The notes beneath the pieces were generated by a model, which was given only the letters and a program-made list of their open reading frames with translations, had not been told where the DNA came from and made no database searches. This document shows positions 12,081-26,079 of a stretch of 64,000 nucleotides of DNA, in pieces (the first letter of the stretch is position 1; every line of letters starts with the position of its first letter). Made by a program: the position numbers and the translations under genes. Source of the DNA: Lama glama (lineage: Eukaryota); contig CM052820.1 in the NCBI GenBank assembly GCA_028534125.1, positions 9,796,001-9,860,000 of the forward strand, read 5' to 3'.

Positions 12081-15000
12081 TACCGTCAAAACCTCAGTTT
12101 TAACGAAAGCCAAATTTAACACCTAAGGCATTTCAAAGCAATTATGTTGTTGTAGTTAAATTATCTAGAGAGTTGGATTTTATTGCCCTGCTTTTTGCTC
12201 ATTAAAACCAACAGTCAAGGACTGGAACTGTCTGTATGTTCACATTCCTGCCCACAGCTAGCTAGGCGGTGTAGCTTGATGGAGAACCCAGCTCGATTTC
12301 TAAGTTTAGCTTTACTGCTCAAGCCAGCAGTGAAACCTACACGTATTGGTTTTCATGGAAGCGGCGTGGAAAACCTCAGCGATTCCCGCATCTCCGCCGA
12401 AAGGCGCACATGTGAGTCTGCTGCTGCTCGGATGGGGCAGGGTTGCAGGGTTAGATTTCACAATGCTCCTTTCACAAGACTGGCCCTAGCCTTGTGCACA
12501 TGTGCTTCCAAGGCTTCTAGTGACGGTAAAAGACAGCACCCTGGACTCCAGACAGCTTCGATGGCGAGTTTGCAAGCTTTGTTCTTGCAATAGCTTTTCC
12601 ACAAGGACTTGTTTGGTATCTGATCATAGTACCGAACTCAGTTGTTAAAAAAACAGCTCATTTCCTTGCTAGCTTCGTCCAGAAGTGGGACGAAGAGGGT
12701 GCAGGGGGGATTAAGCATTGAGCCATGTGTGTGCACGCCCGTCAGCCGGTCCTTCCTCTGTGCCCAGATCTCGACCAGCTGTGTGCCTGTTCATCTTTCA
12801 CAGGGGGTGAGGGTTTTCCTCTGACGTAGAGACATTCCAGATGGACAAGAGTGTAAATGCCAGGTTACATTTTTAGGGGCTTACTAATGGAGCCACAGCA
12901 GATTAAGAGGGGAAAAAAAAGTGTGACTGCTTATCTTTGGAGGGAAGTGTGGACCGGACACCGTGACATTTGCTATTCTCTGAGACCCTCTTCTATTGAC
13001 ATTTTATAAACACGAATTGGGTATTTGTGCTCACTCCAAGGAATAGAGAGATTCTTAATGCTACCTTCTGTTGAAATCGTATTTCAGGCAACCTTTTAGT
13101 ATGGCCACGTACTGAATCTTGGTTTTAAAATTAACTTTTAATCTTGTCTTAGGGCAAAAGACAATCAAAAAACAAACAAACAAACAAACAAAACACAATG
13201 CCAAGAAAACAAAAAACCAAAACAAAATCAACCTCGAATGTAATTTATGCACATAAATTAAAAGACTTTTGTCTGGAGGATGGGCTTATCCTGCAAGTGA
13301 CATTTCTTTCTCATCTAAGCCTGTGTAACATGTTCTAACACAGTTTTAGGAGACAAAACATTTCGATGTATTTTCATGGCTTCGTGATTCATGGCACATT
13401 TACATTTTATTGTGACTTTTGACTCTCTTGAGTTTTCTCTAGTGTAAAGAGAGTGGCATGTTTTAAATTATATTAAAAACGGTATTTGCCTTTGTATGAA
13501 TTTTGAAAAAAAATAAGTTTCTATGTTGCTTTTCATTCACGTTTTCAATACGTTGGAAAATGTCTGCTTTGATCGTAGTAGCTCTTTGCTCATGTGATCT
13601 TCATTCAGCCTCAGTGAAGGCAATAAATTTCCCTGACCATCAACATTGTACTGTATTATAGGAAATGCTACAGGGCTTTGGAATGTGACTCGCTTCAGCT
13701 GCTGCTGGGTGGTTAATGGTTCACGTCGTTTGCTGGCAATGTCAAAACCTCTGTAACTTCAGACTCGAGAACGCAGTACTTACTTGCCCCTTTATTAGAC
13801 GCAGGTACCATGTTTAGAAGTTCATTTGTTCCAGACCTCCATCAAGGTTTTCTTTGGACAAGGTGTTTTGCTTTGTGGAAAGAACTTTTCCATTCACCAG
13901 CATCGCACTGTGAAAAATACAGCAACTTTATCTTGCGTTTGTACATAAGCATTTGGATTTGTCTTTCAGAACCACATGGGTGCCTAATAAATGCTACTTG
14001 CTATTTGTGACTTTTATTTGTGCTTTGAGCCTTGGGTAGTATTTTTTTCCCCCTGAAACAGGCAGTTTGGGATATTAGGACTTATTTTTTCATTATCCCC
14101 CATTGGGCCTCTATGAGTCATCTTCTAGGCACACAGAAGCGAAGGTACAATTGCACAACCTTTCTTATTCCACAATTATTGGATGAATACTTTGTAATGT
14201 GCCCTGACCATCTTTGCTAAAGGAATTTACAAAAATGTCTTCAAGATAATCCCTGTATCTATCTGTAGAATTTCAAGATTTCTATTTCCTTGGACATTTT
14301 AGGAATCTTAAATTGGACTATGTCCTTGTGACTAATTGTGGGGTTGTTACCATTTGCATCCGATTATTTAAGTTCCCCTTCCCAGCCACCGTTTTTTTTT
14401 TTTCCCACTTGCTTTCTTTAAAACAGGACGCTCTTTATGTTTCATTTCCATATTTCTGACAGTATATAATTTATACACATAAAAATATCTTAGAAAAAAA
14501 TGTATATCATCACAGCCCTTTGGAAACCAAGAAGGAAATGAAAATAATAGTCTTGATTCATTTTAATTTTTTCTATATTTTGTCAGCGTTTAACCCTGTA
14601 AGGTAAAATTCTACCCAAGTCTAAATATTCACATTTAGACATTCAAACTTCACATTTTCCCAATATATACAACAATGTATTGAGAAAATATTTAGGCTAA
14701 AAATAATACAATATTCTGTGTAATATTTTGAAAAAAGTGTGGCATTTTCATTTATGATGTTTTTTATAATTTTGAAAGTACTCATCATATACGTTTGGTC
14801 ATAGTGGTAGAGACAGTCGGTTTTTCTAGTAATGCAAAATATTTTTACTTTTGTCTGCGTTTCTTCAAGTATTACTTTAAATTATTTATGCAGTAATAAG
14901 CCATTTCATTTATATGACATACATCCATCAATGCCATGAAGGGAAAAATAAAACATGTTTCATATGTGAGTCCTGAAAACTGAAGGGTGGTTTTCTGAAC

Positions 15001-15322
15001 TCAAACTGAGTCTATGAATAATTAGGGAAGGAAGTTTGCTCTCTGCATTCTTCAGTTCATTTTCTCGCTTTCTATATATTCATTTTCTTTCAAAATCAAA
15101 GTGGCAAACCATAGTTTCAACGTATCGTATGCCAAATTGTGAATTATTGAAGCATTAATATCCTATTGACTACAAATCATGCTGGGAATTTAGGAATAAA
15201 AAACAAATGTGGTATTCTCAAAGTATATTTTTTGTGCTCAATTTTTATCAACTTTTCCATCCAAAATACATTTCTTTTGTTTATGTCTGTATATTATTTT
15301 GTCTAATATTTTATCAGAATGC

Positions 15323-15415
15323 TTTTTTTTTTAAGTGGGGATGCTGGGAATTGAACCCAGGACCTCATGCATGCCAAGCACATAGCTCTACCACTGAGCT
15401 ACCTCCTCCCTCCGC
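15323..15415 (-). mobile_element. tRNA-Ala-derived camelid SINE (vic-1 type) with target-site duplication
   Basis: tRNA-like body; perfect 11-bp TSD CAGAATGCTTT at 15315-15325 and 15416-15426. Confidence 0.88.
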
Positions 15416-17056
15416 CAGAATGCTTTCAGAATGGCAAAGTTCAGCGGAAAACGCTCTTGGCAGTCTTTTCCAAAGTGTGTTTCACAGGATGTTAGAGTTG
15501 TTAGTGTGAAATAAAATCTACATAGTTTCTGATCAGAAGTTTAGGAAACACGTGGTTAAACAAAACGTGATGGCTCTATGTAAAAGGGAGATACTGTCTA
15601 AATGTCGTTGGCCGCAGAACCTTTTTTCTCGTGGAGCTCTCGTTCTATGGAACACGTTTTGGAACTGCATGCTTATTGCATGCCCAGGCCAGGGTCTGCA
15701 GAAGGGCCATGTGCCATTCTCTGCTACTCCCTCTTACTCTGTATATTGTAGATTCCCCCAGATGTTGTATGATTTGGAGTCATTCCCTGGCCCATTCATT
15801 GCAGTACTTTATAAATACTCAAATTTTTACTTTGTACACCTGCCTTTCATCACTGAGTGCAAGCGCGTAAGTGTCTAGACCTCTCTGGCTGCACGTGGCT
15901 GCCTTCTCTGAAGGCTGTTAAGGAGAGGACCCATTCATGTCTTAACGGAGACAGTTCGGTGCTGCCCTGTTATTCTATTCCAGTTGTGGTTTGGATCATT
16001 GAGCCTGCATTCATGTTGCTGATGTAATGCATTGATAAGGATATAATTGCTCAGTAAGTCATCTGATTTCAGAACTATCTTTCCTACTTACATTCTAACG
16101 GTAAAACATATTGTTCCTGTTTATTCATCATTAAGCCTTTGGGTGTGTAACACTTAGAGCCACCTTTTTGGATGTTAAGACATTGACCTAGTTATAGGGT
16201 TAATGTTTACAAACAGTGCTTGGTCACTTTGGGGCAACAGTGAATGCACTGACAGGGGCTGCCTTTCCAGGACGGTTTCACCACCTTCAGCGGAGCATAT
16301 GTTTTGATTTCAATGAGGTCATCGATGCCAGATTTTAACATCAGAACTTTCTCAGTGGGATGAAGTTGGTGACTCACCTTGGCTTGTACCTCAGACACGT
16401 GGGTATGGGATAAATGACTTCTTAATGATAGCTCAGGGCAGCCAGATCTTTCATCTGCCTGAATTGACTGGCTCTCTTACCGCTGATATTAATTGGGTGC
16501 TCCTGATGGAAATGGGCTTGCGTGAAGTTAAAGCTGAAACGTTTTAGAATGAAGTCTTTCTCTTGATCCGGACAATTGAAAGCAAATGCGTGAGGTCCGT
16601 GAGTGGATGTTGTGTTTTAAAGACTTTGTGCCAACTGCTGACGTCTTGAAAATGTAACAAACCAGAATTTTAGAGATTAAATGCCTCCCTGTTCCTCTCC
16701 TACGTTCACATGAGATGTTGGGAGCGGGCGATCCACGCTCGTAGGGGTTGTTCAGTGTTGCATTAGTGTTTTAATACTTGGAGGCAAGAATTTTAAAAAT
16801 GGTCATTGGGTCTGGGGCTGCTCGGTTTTCTAAGCCTGAGTATCAACAGCGATGCTGACAAGCATTTGTGGGCGGTACCAAGTGACAGGGACAAGGGATT
16901 AAGGGAAAGGAAAATAGGAAAGTTGGGAGGAGGAGGAGGGAGAGGGGAGTAGGGGTTGAAGGGCCAGAGTGCCCCAATAATTGCATCCAGTGTCATCCAA
17001 GCCTTGCACCCCCCCCCCACCAAGTTCAACTTGAAAAAGCTGTTTGGATTGTTTTG

Positions 17057-17260
17057 GGTTATTTTTTTTTAATTTTTATTGAAGTATAGTCAGTTTACAA
17101 TGTTGTGTCCATTTCTGGTGTACAGCTCAACACTTCAGTCATATAGGAACATACATATGTTCATTTTCATATTCTTTGTTACTATAGGTCACTACAGGAT
17201 ATTGAATGTGGTTCCCTGTGCTACACAGCATGAACTTGTTGCTTATCTGTTTTATGTATA
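17057..17260 (-). mobile_element. Truncated lineage-specific L1 3' end
   Basis: ttttattgaagtatagtcagtttacaatgttgtgtccatttctggtgtacagc...; flanked by an imperfect TSD (tggattgttttg / tggattattttg). Confidence 0.8.
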
Positions 17261-17924
17261 GTTGTGGATTATTTTGACTTGTTGAACCAATCGTGTCCTG
17301 TACTGTACGTACCATGGGGAACATAACACTTAAGCTGCATAACATTTTAACGGTGACATACAGATTTTAGAGAGTTTTCTGTAGACAGTTAATCAGCACA
17401 ATTACAGCTCTCCTTTTGCAGCGAGCACGGGGCCAGAAGAGCTGTGGTCCCCGAGTGAAGAGGGTTTCTGTTTTATAGGGCCAATAAATGCCCAGCCCTG
17501 CTCTTTACCTGAGGGCTGTGCGTGCGTGTTTGTCAGAATCTATTAGTCACACCCAGTTGCTTGCGTCTCCCACTGTCTAGACTCTTCAAAGGATGAGAGA
17601 TTTCATATTTAGTGTTTTTACAGGAGGGCACAGATTAAGGGAGAAGTGTGCTTTTATGATGGCAGTCTCGTTTGCAGACTCTTTTCCAGAAGCGAAGGCA
17701 TTCCTGATAGCCAGGTGCCTGCTATGTGAAGTGTTGTTTTAGCTGACTTCGTTTGGCTTTATCAGAACGGCATTTCACTATGTAATTTCCCATTACCCTC
17801 CATAAACACAAAGCTCACCCCGCTTCCTTTTATAAAAATAACTTTGTACGTTCCAGTGGACTCTGTGATGAGAGGTTTGACAACACTGCCACCCATGCTT
17901 TTTATAGCGCTATCTATACATTTG

Positions 17925-18095
17925 TGGTCAAGAGCTTGGTTTTTGAATCCCAGTTGCCCCTCTTACTAGCTCTGAGATCTGGAGGAATTCACTCGTCCTT
18001 TCTGAACCTCAGTTTCTTCATCTTTAAAACAGGGGTAGTAATACAATCTCAGGATGGCTGTAAGGATTAAATGAAATAGTGCATATTAGAACAGA
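17925..18095 (+). mobile_element. MIR SINE
   Basis: tctgaacctcagtttcttcatctttaaaacagggg...aggattaaatgaaata. Confidence 0.8.
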
Positions 18096-20636
18096 GAGCA
18101 GATGTTGGCTGTGTTTTTGATGGAGACTAAATTACTAGGCTGTGTGAGTAGGTTGGGTAAGTTTACACACCCTACCCTCACCCCTAGAATGGTTTACTGA
18201 AATATTTGGGGAGGGAGGGAGAATACAAGTATCATTTGAAAAGAATCTTAATCAATATTAAAATATCTTTATTTTCTTAGTCATGATATTTAATTTGCAG
18301 CATTAAAAAATGTGGGTTTTTTTCACATATATTTATCAAAAGGGGATAACTTTCTGTGAGGGGAACCTCACAAAAACTTGAGCCCATTTTTCTTTGGCTG
18401 AAATTACCCTTAATCAAGTCTTATGGACCTTAGAATCTATGTTCAAGTATGATTTTTCTGTAGATACTTTTTCAGACTGTACAGTTATTTATTGAGTGCC
18501 AATTGTGTATAAAACACTGATAAATCAAGTAGAGAGCTGCAGGTAAGAAACCTCAAGAACTGTTGGGTAAAGGATATTAATCAAATGAAAGTTTTTGTCA
18601 CAGTCTCAGAAAATTAAACTTCACGGCACACGTGGATCTGGTGTGAGTCTACCAAGCCTGGGTATAATTTTTCCTTGCAGCTCGTGAAGTATGAAAATGC
18701 AGGTTACAAAAGTTAGAGGTGCTTTATAATTGTGAAGGACAATCCATTTTCATAACAGATCAACTTTTAGAATTGTAAAGCAAAACGGGAAGCCCCTTTG
18801 CACCCGGTGTTAGAACAGCTATAACTTGGGCGGCATCCCTAATTTGAGACCAGTGGTTTCATGCGGTGAGTGTGACTGCTGGAGTTTCTTTGACAGCCTT
18901 TTCTGAGGCGCTCTTCTCTCTGCAGACATGCCCGCGGTATTGCCAAGTGCAGAGAGCCTCAGTGTCAAGGACCTTCCTTCCCCTTTTGTTCCTCTTTCTG
19001 CTGTCCCCCTCCCGCGTGTTTTCTGGTGGCTTCGCTACTGGATCGAATAAAGGAATTGTTCGACCTTGGCTCCGTTGTCAGGGTCTGGGCCTCATGTTTT
19101 ATAGTCACCATCTCATTTAATCCTCAGAACAAACCAATGAGTTAGGCGCTCTTAATGCTGTTTCACCAGGAACTGCTGCTCGTGGAGGTTGATCTAGTGC
19201 CTGAGTCCCAGAAAGTGGCACTGGGGGAGCCAGGGTCTTACCACAGTGCGCTGGCCACACGGCCCAGCAGTGAGTGCCTTGCAGGAAGTGTCCCTTCCTG
19301 TCGTATCCCAGAGCCCTGTCCCCACTGGTTAGGGTAATAACTCGTGAATTGCACGGCATGTGAATCGCACTGCCCAGCAGTGGTTTTGGAATTAGCTTTT
19401 GAAGGGGAGTATCTCTGGCCACCTCTTCATTTTCCTACTGTTTCCCAAAGTCTTTCGAAATCAATGCTTGTCTTGCCCTGGCTTCTCTTCCAGACCAGTA
19501 TGCTCGTACCCCCAGGTCACAGCACAGAGTATCATAAATCAGACTGAAGAGCATGCTCTCGACTTGGGGGGCTGTTTGCCTTCCTCTAGATGTTGGGACC
19601 AGTTGGATACTGTCTGTTGACCCGAATGGAAGTTATTAGCACACACTGACTATCCTTTTGTGCTTATTTTTAAGTCTTCTTAAAATTTTGATACCTTTCA
19701 GTCATGACAGCTTGGCTGCTTCCCCTGATGCTACAAAACGTGCTACTCCTGGGCTTCCTCTGCACACATCCGTGGTTCTGGGGATGAGCTTTCTGCACGT
19801 GGAACCTTCCTTGTTCTTAAGAAGGGTCTTGGAGGATGAATTAACACTCGTGGGAAAAACAGAAGCGTATTTTGACATCAGTACTTTGATCTTTCAAAGT
19901 TAAAGGTGCCATAGATTGTTACAGTCATTTAATTGTTGTGTTGATTCTACTCATTTATTTGAGATGAAATCTGAGTTGGCAGTTTGGTGGCTTTCACTAC
20001 CAGCAGGTCCCCTCAGATGCTAAAGACGTGATGCTGGCAACTAACCTCTGATTTGCGCCTTGTGGTTTATTTGGTAAAAGACGGGTGGAGAGCATTTCCT
20101 TGAGTTGTGGGGGGTCCTGTTTATTTGGTTCTGTCATCTGTGAGCTAACACACATGGCCCTCCTCTGTTCCTCTTGCCCGAGATCACCAGACATCAATTT
20201 TTTATTTTTAAAATATTCATTTTTAAAAGAGATAGAAAAGTACTGAGTCACAGTTTCCATCCCCCTTTTCCCAGTCCAGCCGTCTCAGGTTCCCCTGACC
20301 GGAACACTCGGCAGGGTGCAAACCCATCAGTGTTAGGGAATTCTGACTACTGTCCTCTTCCTCCGGGTCCTCTTTGCAGCCATCCAGATCGTGTGTGTTG
20401 TTTAAGAGCCCTGGAGGTGGAGGCTTCTCATTCTTCACTTCTAGGACCCTTTCCACCTGGAAATTGTTCTTTGTGTTTCAGTTCAAAGCTGTTTTTGCCA
20501 TTTAAGTCCATTTACTCTATGGAGACGGGGAACAGACGGCTTATAGTGTAGCCTCCTTACAACTTGCCAGTTAAGCCCTCTTATTATTTCTTCCTATAAA
20601 TTAAATAGTACGTTTTCTCTTTCCTTTTAGATTCTT

Positions 20637-20769
20637 NNNNNNNNNNNNNNNNNNNNNNNNNNNNNNNNNNNNNNNNNNNNNNNNNNNNNNNNNNNNNNNN
20701 NNNNNNNNNNNNNNNNNNNNNNNNNNNNNNNNNNNNNNNNNNNNNNNNNNNNNNNNNNNNNNNNNNNNN
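20637..20769. other. Assembly gap (133 N)
   Basis: N run. Confidence 0.99.
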
Positions 20770-22614
20770 GGAGACCCTAAGCACGTGAAAGTTTGACAGG
20801 CACTGCTTTACTTCGTCTCTTCATAATTTGGTTATTAATTTCTCTGTACTCTTCTCTAGTCTGCCTTAGCAGACATGGTGGAACAGTAGTGGCAATACTT
20901 TTAGCAAGTACTTGTCTATCTCAATTCCTGTGAGCACCTGTGATGTTATAATCTTTCAAACTAAGTTGATGTGCAATCTTCGTTTACAGTCAGTGTGTAA
21001 TCTTCAGAGACTTTAGGGGAGGTCTTTCTCTGCTGTGTGTTTTCCCCCATCACCTATGGAAACTCCCACTTTGTAGCTGAGTGACTTGGCCGCCAGGAAT
21101 CTTGCTTTGCACTTATACTGAATACCACCCTGTTTTTCTTCATCTGTTAGAATCATTTTGCTTTTCTGAAGAGTTGGGCTTTGAAGATTTTAAAGACTCA
21201 TAGTTAGAAAGAGAACTGCTTTGAGGGTAAGGAGACACCACCTCTGTGGTCTCACCTCTGTGCTGCTACTAACCAGTTTCATGAGCTCGGCAGCTCATTT
21301 AATGATGATTTTTAATTCTTGCCCGTAACCACACGATCAAGGAAGTCCACCTAATACCAGGCCTGGGGTGCTTTGATTGTTCTGTTCCTATAATCCATGA
21401 CCCCTTTATACAGTGACTTGGTCGTGCAGTGGAAGCTGCCTATGGAGATAGGAATGGGGCATCTAAAACAAAAATTTGACAGTTGTCATCCAGATGCGTA
21501 TTTTGGTTAGAGCACATCGTCCTCCTTACCACTTTGATAGAACTCCCAGGAGGGAAAGCTTGCTGAGTTGAGTTTTTGGTTGAGTTTTCCTGTATTTCTT
21601 GGATCTATCCCTAGGAGAAGTGCTACCCAACCACTAAATGGCCAAAGGCAGCAGGTCACCGCGGGATGGGTCCCAGCTTACTTACTGACGTCCAGTGGTG
21701 CCCAAGTCCCCTTCCTGTTGACTTTCTCTAGCTGTGACTTAGAATGGGACATCAGCAAGCACCTGGCTGCTCTCAATGCTCACACCTCTGTTGAAAGACT
21801 CTGGGAGAGCCTTTTATTTCTACTGGAAGTTCTCTAGGGAGGATCCTGGAAGAAATGATGTGTGGCGAGTCAACAGCTGAATTTAGGGGTCTGTTGGGAA
21901 CTGCTGATGGTTGGGAGTGAGGAGAGCTGAGAGTGAGAAGACAGAAGGATGGAGCATCTCTGAAGATTCAGTCTCGGCCTGGACCTGAACCTAATCACGC
22001 TTGTCCTTGTCTTGTTAAGGGAGGAACGCGTGGAGAAACCAAGCAGACAGGTAGGCCATTGTCCATAGGTGACGTGGTTTTATGGAAAAAAATGTACGGC
22101 AGTTTTTGAGCTGTATTGAGCAAAGCTCATAACGGAGCCGTTAATTAGGTGTTAATTATAGCCTGTCGCTGGTGGATAGCAGTGGCGAATTGCGAGGTCC
22201 GGTATTATTTTGAAGGCCTTCTGTCAGCATCTCGGGCTACAGTCTCGACAGAATAGCAGCCATTGTTTTCTTTGTGTGCTTTTGGACCGCAGCAGCTTCC
22301 GTGGCTGTGTTGAGAGAGGGGCTGTTCTTAGTGCCATTCCCTTGGGATTCAGTCAGGAAAACTTTGTGTTTCACTACCTGGAAATCAACTTGTTCTTTCT
22401 GTTCATTGTCTAGATTTTAGAACTTAGAACCCTATATACTCTCAGTAATGACTGTACACGTGCAGTGCCCTGACCCCCTCCACTCCCCCCCACCCCAGTT
22501 TTTCTTCAAGTTTAAGTTTAGGGAAAAATTAAGACCTCAAAGTGTCTTCCTGGGAAGACATCTTATATTTAGGAATTCCACTTGCTGTTTCTGTCTCACT
22601 CTTGTACTTTGACT

Positions 22615-22621
22615 GTATGTG

Positions 22622-22652
<31 letters not shown>
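22615..22652. repeat. (TG)/(TA)n microsatellite
   Basis: tgtgtgtatatatacatatatatatatatatatg. Confidence 0.85.
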
Positions 22653-22654
<2 letters not shown>

Positions 22655-23543
22655 TTTTTTTGGAATAAATCATCTTCCAAGGTGGGTATTTGTTTTGTAA
22701 GTTGGAAAAAATTCTGTAGGAAACAATTTTCTGACTTAGGAGTAGCCTCTTAGAGAGCAAAGTTAGTGGATTAATTTTTAAAAGTTGACTAACTCTGGAG
22801 CAGAGGAGACCTCATGATTAATTTTTTTTTTAACTCCTAGAAATTTGAAGGGCAATGAACAGGACTAATGGTCACAAGTGACAGTAGGAAGGTGTCTGCT
22901 GGTTCACAGTGTCCTCTTGTTAGCTCACTGAGTTTTGCAAACGTCAGGGAGGACTAAGTATTTCTTCCACTGTTTCGCATTGTGGAGACAAAATGAGGCC
23001 GAACGACTTGTCCAGGAGCACACAGAAAGCCCTGGCTAAGCTGGGCGCAGACACAGACTTGGACGCGAAGAGATGTGTTTCCTCGGGCAGCTGACCTCTT
23101 CCCTGCGGTCAGGAGAGGCGGAGAAGCATCACACCCTGCTAGTCGGCTTCAGACTCTGTGGCTTTGGCCTCAGAAACACCTAACATGCTCTCCTCTTCGG
23201 TCAGTGTTTTGCGTTTCACCCAGGAGTTTCCTGTTTTCCTTTGGCTCAGGGACATGTGAAAAGATGGGCCAGGACTGGTTACTCAGATGAGCTGTCTTCT
23301 CGTAAAAGGTCATGAGGGAGCAGGATGCAGTGGAGGTAGCTTTCCATTAGTAATACACTGGGAGAGGCTACGAGCGTGGGGAGGCTGGCCTCCACTGGGA
23401 CTCTGAGGCCACGACGTGACAGTCAGAAATACAGGGAGATCTCAGAGCAGGGACACCTCCTCCCTCCCACTGTTCCATAAACAGCTGATGAGCGGGTTGG
23501 GTGGCTTCCTCTGTTTCCTCTGCTGCAGGCAGTTGCTCTGGAG

Positions 23544-23783
23544 CAGGGCTTCTCAGCCTCCGCACTGCGGAAGCGTGGGGCCAGGTCATTCCTTGTTGCA
23601 GGCGGCCGTCCTGTGCGTGGGAGGGTGCTTGGTAGCGCTCCTGGCCTCTGCCCGATAAATGCCAATAGCGTCTCCCTCACCTCCCCCCTACCCCAGTTGT
23701 GACAACCCAGTGTTTGCAGGCGTTGCTCAAGCCTGCCCCTTGAGGGGAGAAATTATTCCTGCTGACTCCAGCTGAGAACTGTT
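23544..23783. mobile_element. MER20-type hAT-Charlie DNA transposon
   Basis: cagggcttctcagcctccgcact...gtcctgtgc...cctggcctctgccc...ccccagttgtgacaacc...gctgagaactgttg follows the MER20 layout with terminal inverted repeats. Confidence 0.8.
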
Positions 23784-25214
23784 GCTCCAGAGATCGCGTG
23801 GGCTGCTTGGAGGCTGGAGGGTCTCTCTGCGGGGAGGAGTGGGTTGTGCCCCACAAACACATTTCAGCTGATCTAGAGGACCCCTGCCTGGCATTCCAGT
23901 GGGCCTGGGGGTCACTGTCATTGATGTCATCTACTCCCTCAGGCCTGTGATCTCCTCAGAGTCACTGATAAAGATTCTTCATAAAGATCCCTTAGTTAAG
24001 AGTTGTCACCACCTTGTAATTAGGAATTTGGCACAACTGTCCTCAAGATGCTTCTAGTTCAGCCTGGCGGCCAGCATGGGACCCCAGCCACACGATGCCC
24101 TGAATTCAGCATGCTGGTAGGAACTTTTCAGCAAATACCATTTTCCAAATTAAAAAGGAAAAGGCTGAGAGGTCAGATAGTGGCAAAAAAGAGAGAGGGA
24201 CAAGGTCACCGTGGAAGGGAGACTTGAAAGCTGCAAGCCAAGGATTAGGAGCTTTGGGGTCAGCGGGTGAAAGGTCAACCCCTCGCTGTCAACTGGAAGA
24301 ATTCTGCCTCCTTATCCGACATAATAAGAAAGTGTTTGCAGTTAGAAATCGGCACCACTGTCTGCTTCAAAGACCTTAGAGATGCAGGCGATGTGTACAT
24401 TATCAATTAGTTCAGATCATCATTCCGTTTTTTTCCCTCCTCCTCCAGCTGCCAGCCATTAGACGTGGGCATCTGGCCACAATTTCCGTTTTCCGTCAAG
24501 TGTCTCCGGCCGCATAGACTGGCTGTGTCCTGCCCCTGTTCCGTTCCTTCACATGACAGACGGTGGGGGAAAGAATCTGGAAACAAAAGCCACCCGATTC
24601 CTTCCCCAACAATTAGAAACATGCTTTAGAACCTGGAAATAGTGCAGAAGAATCCCACTGAGCATCCATTTAGGCCTGTTCCTGAGCGTGCCTTGTAAAT
24701 GCTTTCACGTAGCATTCTAAGCCTCTCGTTAGCCTCCTTAGAAAGGGGTGGTGGTGGGGGGCTACAGGCGTCTGCTATCTTATGGGAAGGCTACACAAGT
24801 GGCCTTTCTGCGGTGTTTCTCTGGATGGCATTGATTTAAGATCTGCTCAAAGGTCTGCTCTCATAGTTAACTCGAGCTATTCCCTTTGCAGATGAGCAGG
24901 TCTTTGCCTTTCATTGTATCACAGGGTTGTACTTTTAGTTTCACTACCACCACTGCTGCTGCTTTTACTTTTTCGTGCTGTTCTGGCCTTTCCCCCATAC
25001 CCACCTCCTCTCTGAAATAACTCTGTCTCTCTCTTCTCAAGACACGTCCTCATCTTGGCTTTTGCTTCGGTCCTTGGCTGCCATCTGGTCTGTGGATTCA
25101 CTCTTGCCTGCACCTCCCACCAGGGTGTTTTGGCTGGTGTGTGTTCAGGTATCAGGAGGGGATATGAGAGCCAAGGATTTCTAGTTCTTCGTGAGAGTGG
25201 TTCCAATAGGAGCT

Positions 25215-25380
25215 ACTGTTTGAGGGCTTGTTATGTGTCAAGCACGATGAGAGACCCTTTCGTGTATTATCTCATTTAACTCAGTGGTACCCCTATGGGC
25301 TGGGTAGGGGTGTCCCCAGGTTACAGGTGAAAACATTGAGATTGGGGAGGGCTAGTAACTTGCCCAAAATTACAGAGAGA
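25215..25380 (-). mobile_element. MIR SINE
   Basis: tatgtgtcaagcac...tattatctcatttaa...ttacaggtgaaaacattgag...gtaacttgcccaaaattaca. Confidence 0.75.
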
Positions 25381-26079
25381 AGAACAAGAGAAGAGACACT
25401 GTACATTATCTTGACCTTTTAAAAAAATATTAACTTGAAAATAGGCTTTGAGTTAAAATTGACCCAGTCTTTAAAAAGCGTGACAGCCACACAATGGCTC
25501 TGTTTTCATTCTCAAAATAACCTGTCCGGATGGAGTTTCCTAAATTACATCTTAGAATTCAAAACTGCTTACAGGTTACTCGGGTATCACTCCGGTAGCA
25601 GCAGCTCAAGGGAAAACATTTATTCTGTTACTTTATTGTAAGCAATATTACGCTCATCTTCAAAGTAACCCAATTATTTTAGAACCTGTGGCCTTCTACA
25701 GTCTACAGTGGATGGTACAGGTTGCCATTCTCCTTGGCATTGACTTTTGTTTAATTTTTTTCTCTCATAGCCCAGAGATCTTTATGGCTTGCATTTCTTG
25801 AACAACAATTCTTAAGGCAAAATGAGAGAGAATTGTGGGTTGAATACATTTGAAATATGCTGCCATATGCTTATATATTTATGGCCAGTTTCAATTGGTT
25901 TCAGAGAGTGTTCTTTCATTATTTAGACTGTTTGAGGGGAAAAAAAAAAAAGCTCACTTAACCTCAAAGAATCCCAGGTGAAATTCTTTGCACTTCCCTT
26001 TGGTATTCTCAAAGCAAGAAGGGAGACAAGGGCTGGGACCTTTTTGTTCATGATGTATGACGATGCCTGTCAGGAGGTG

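Noticed and set aside
12395-12406. GCCGAAAGGC hairpin as part of a hammerhead ribozyme; CTGATGA cores at ~23486, ~53568 and ~59362
   Set aside because: No CUGAUGA...GAAA...UH arrangement with three closing stems could be assembled at any of these sites
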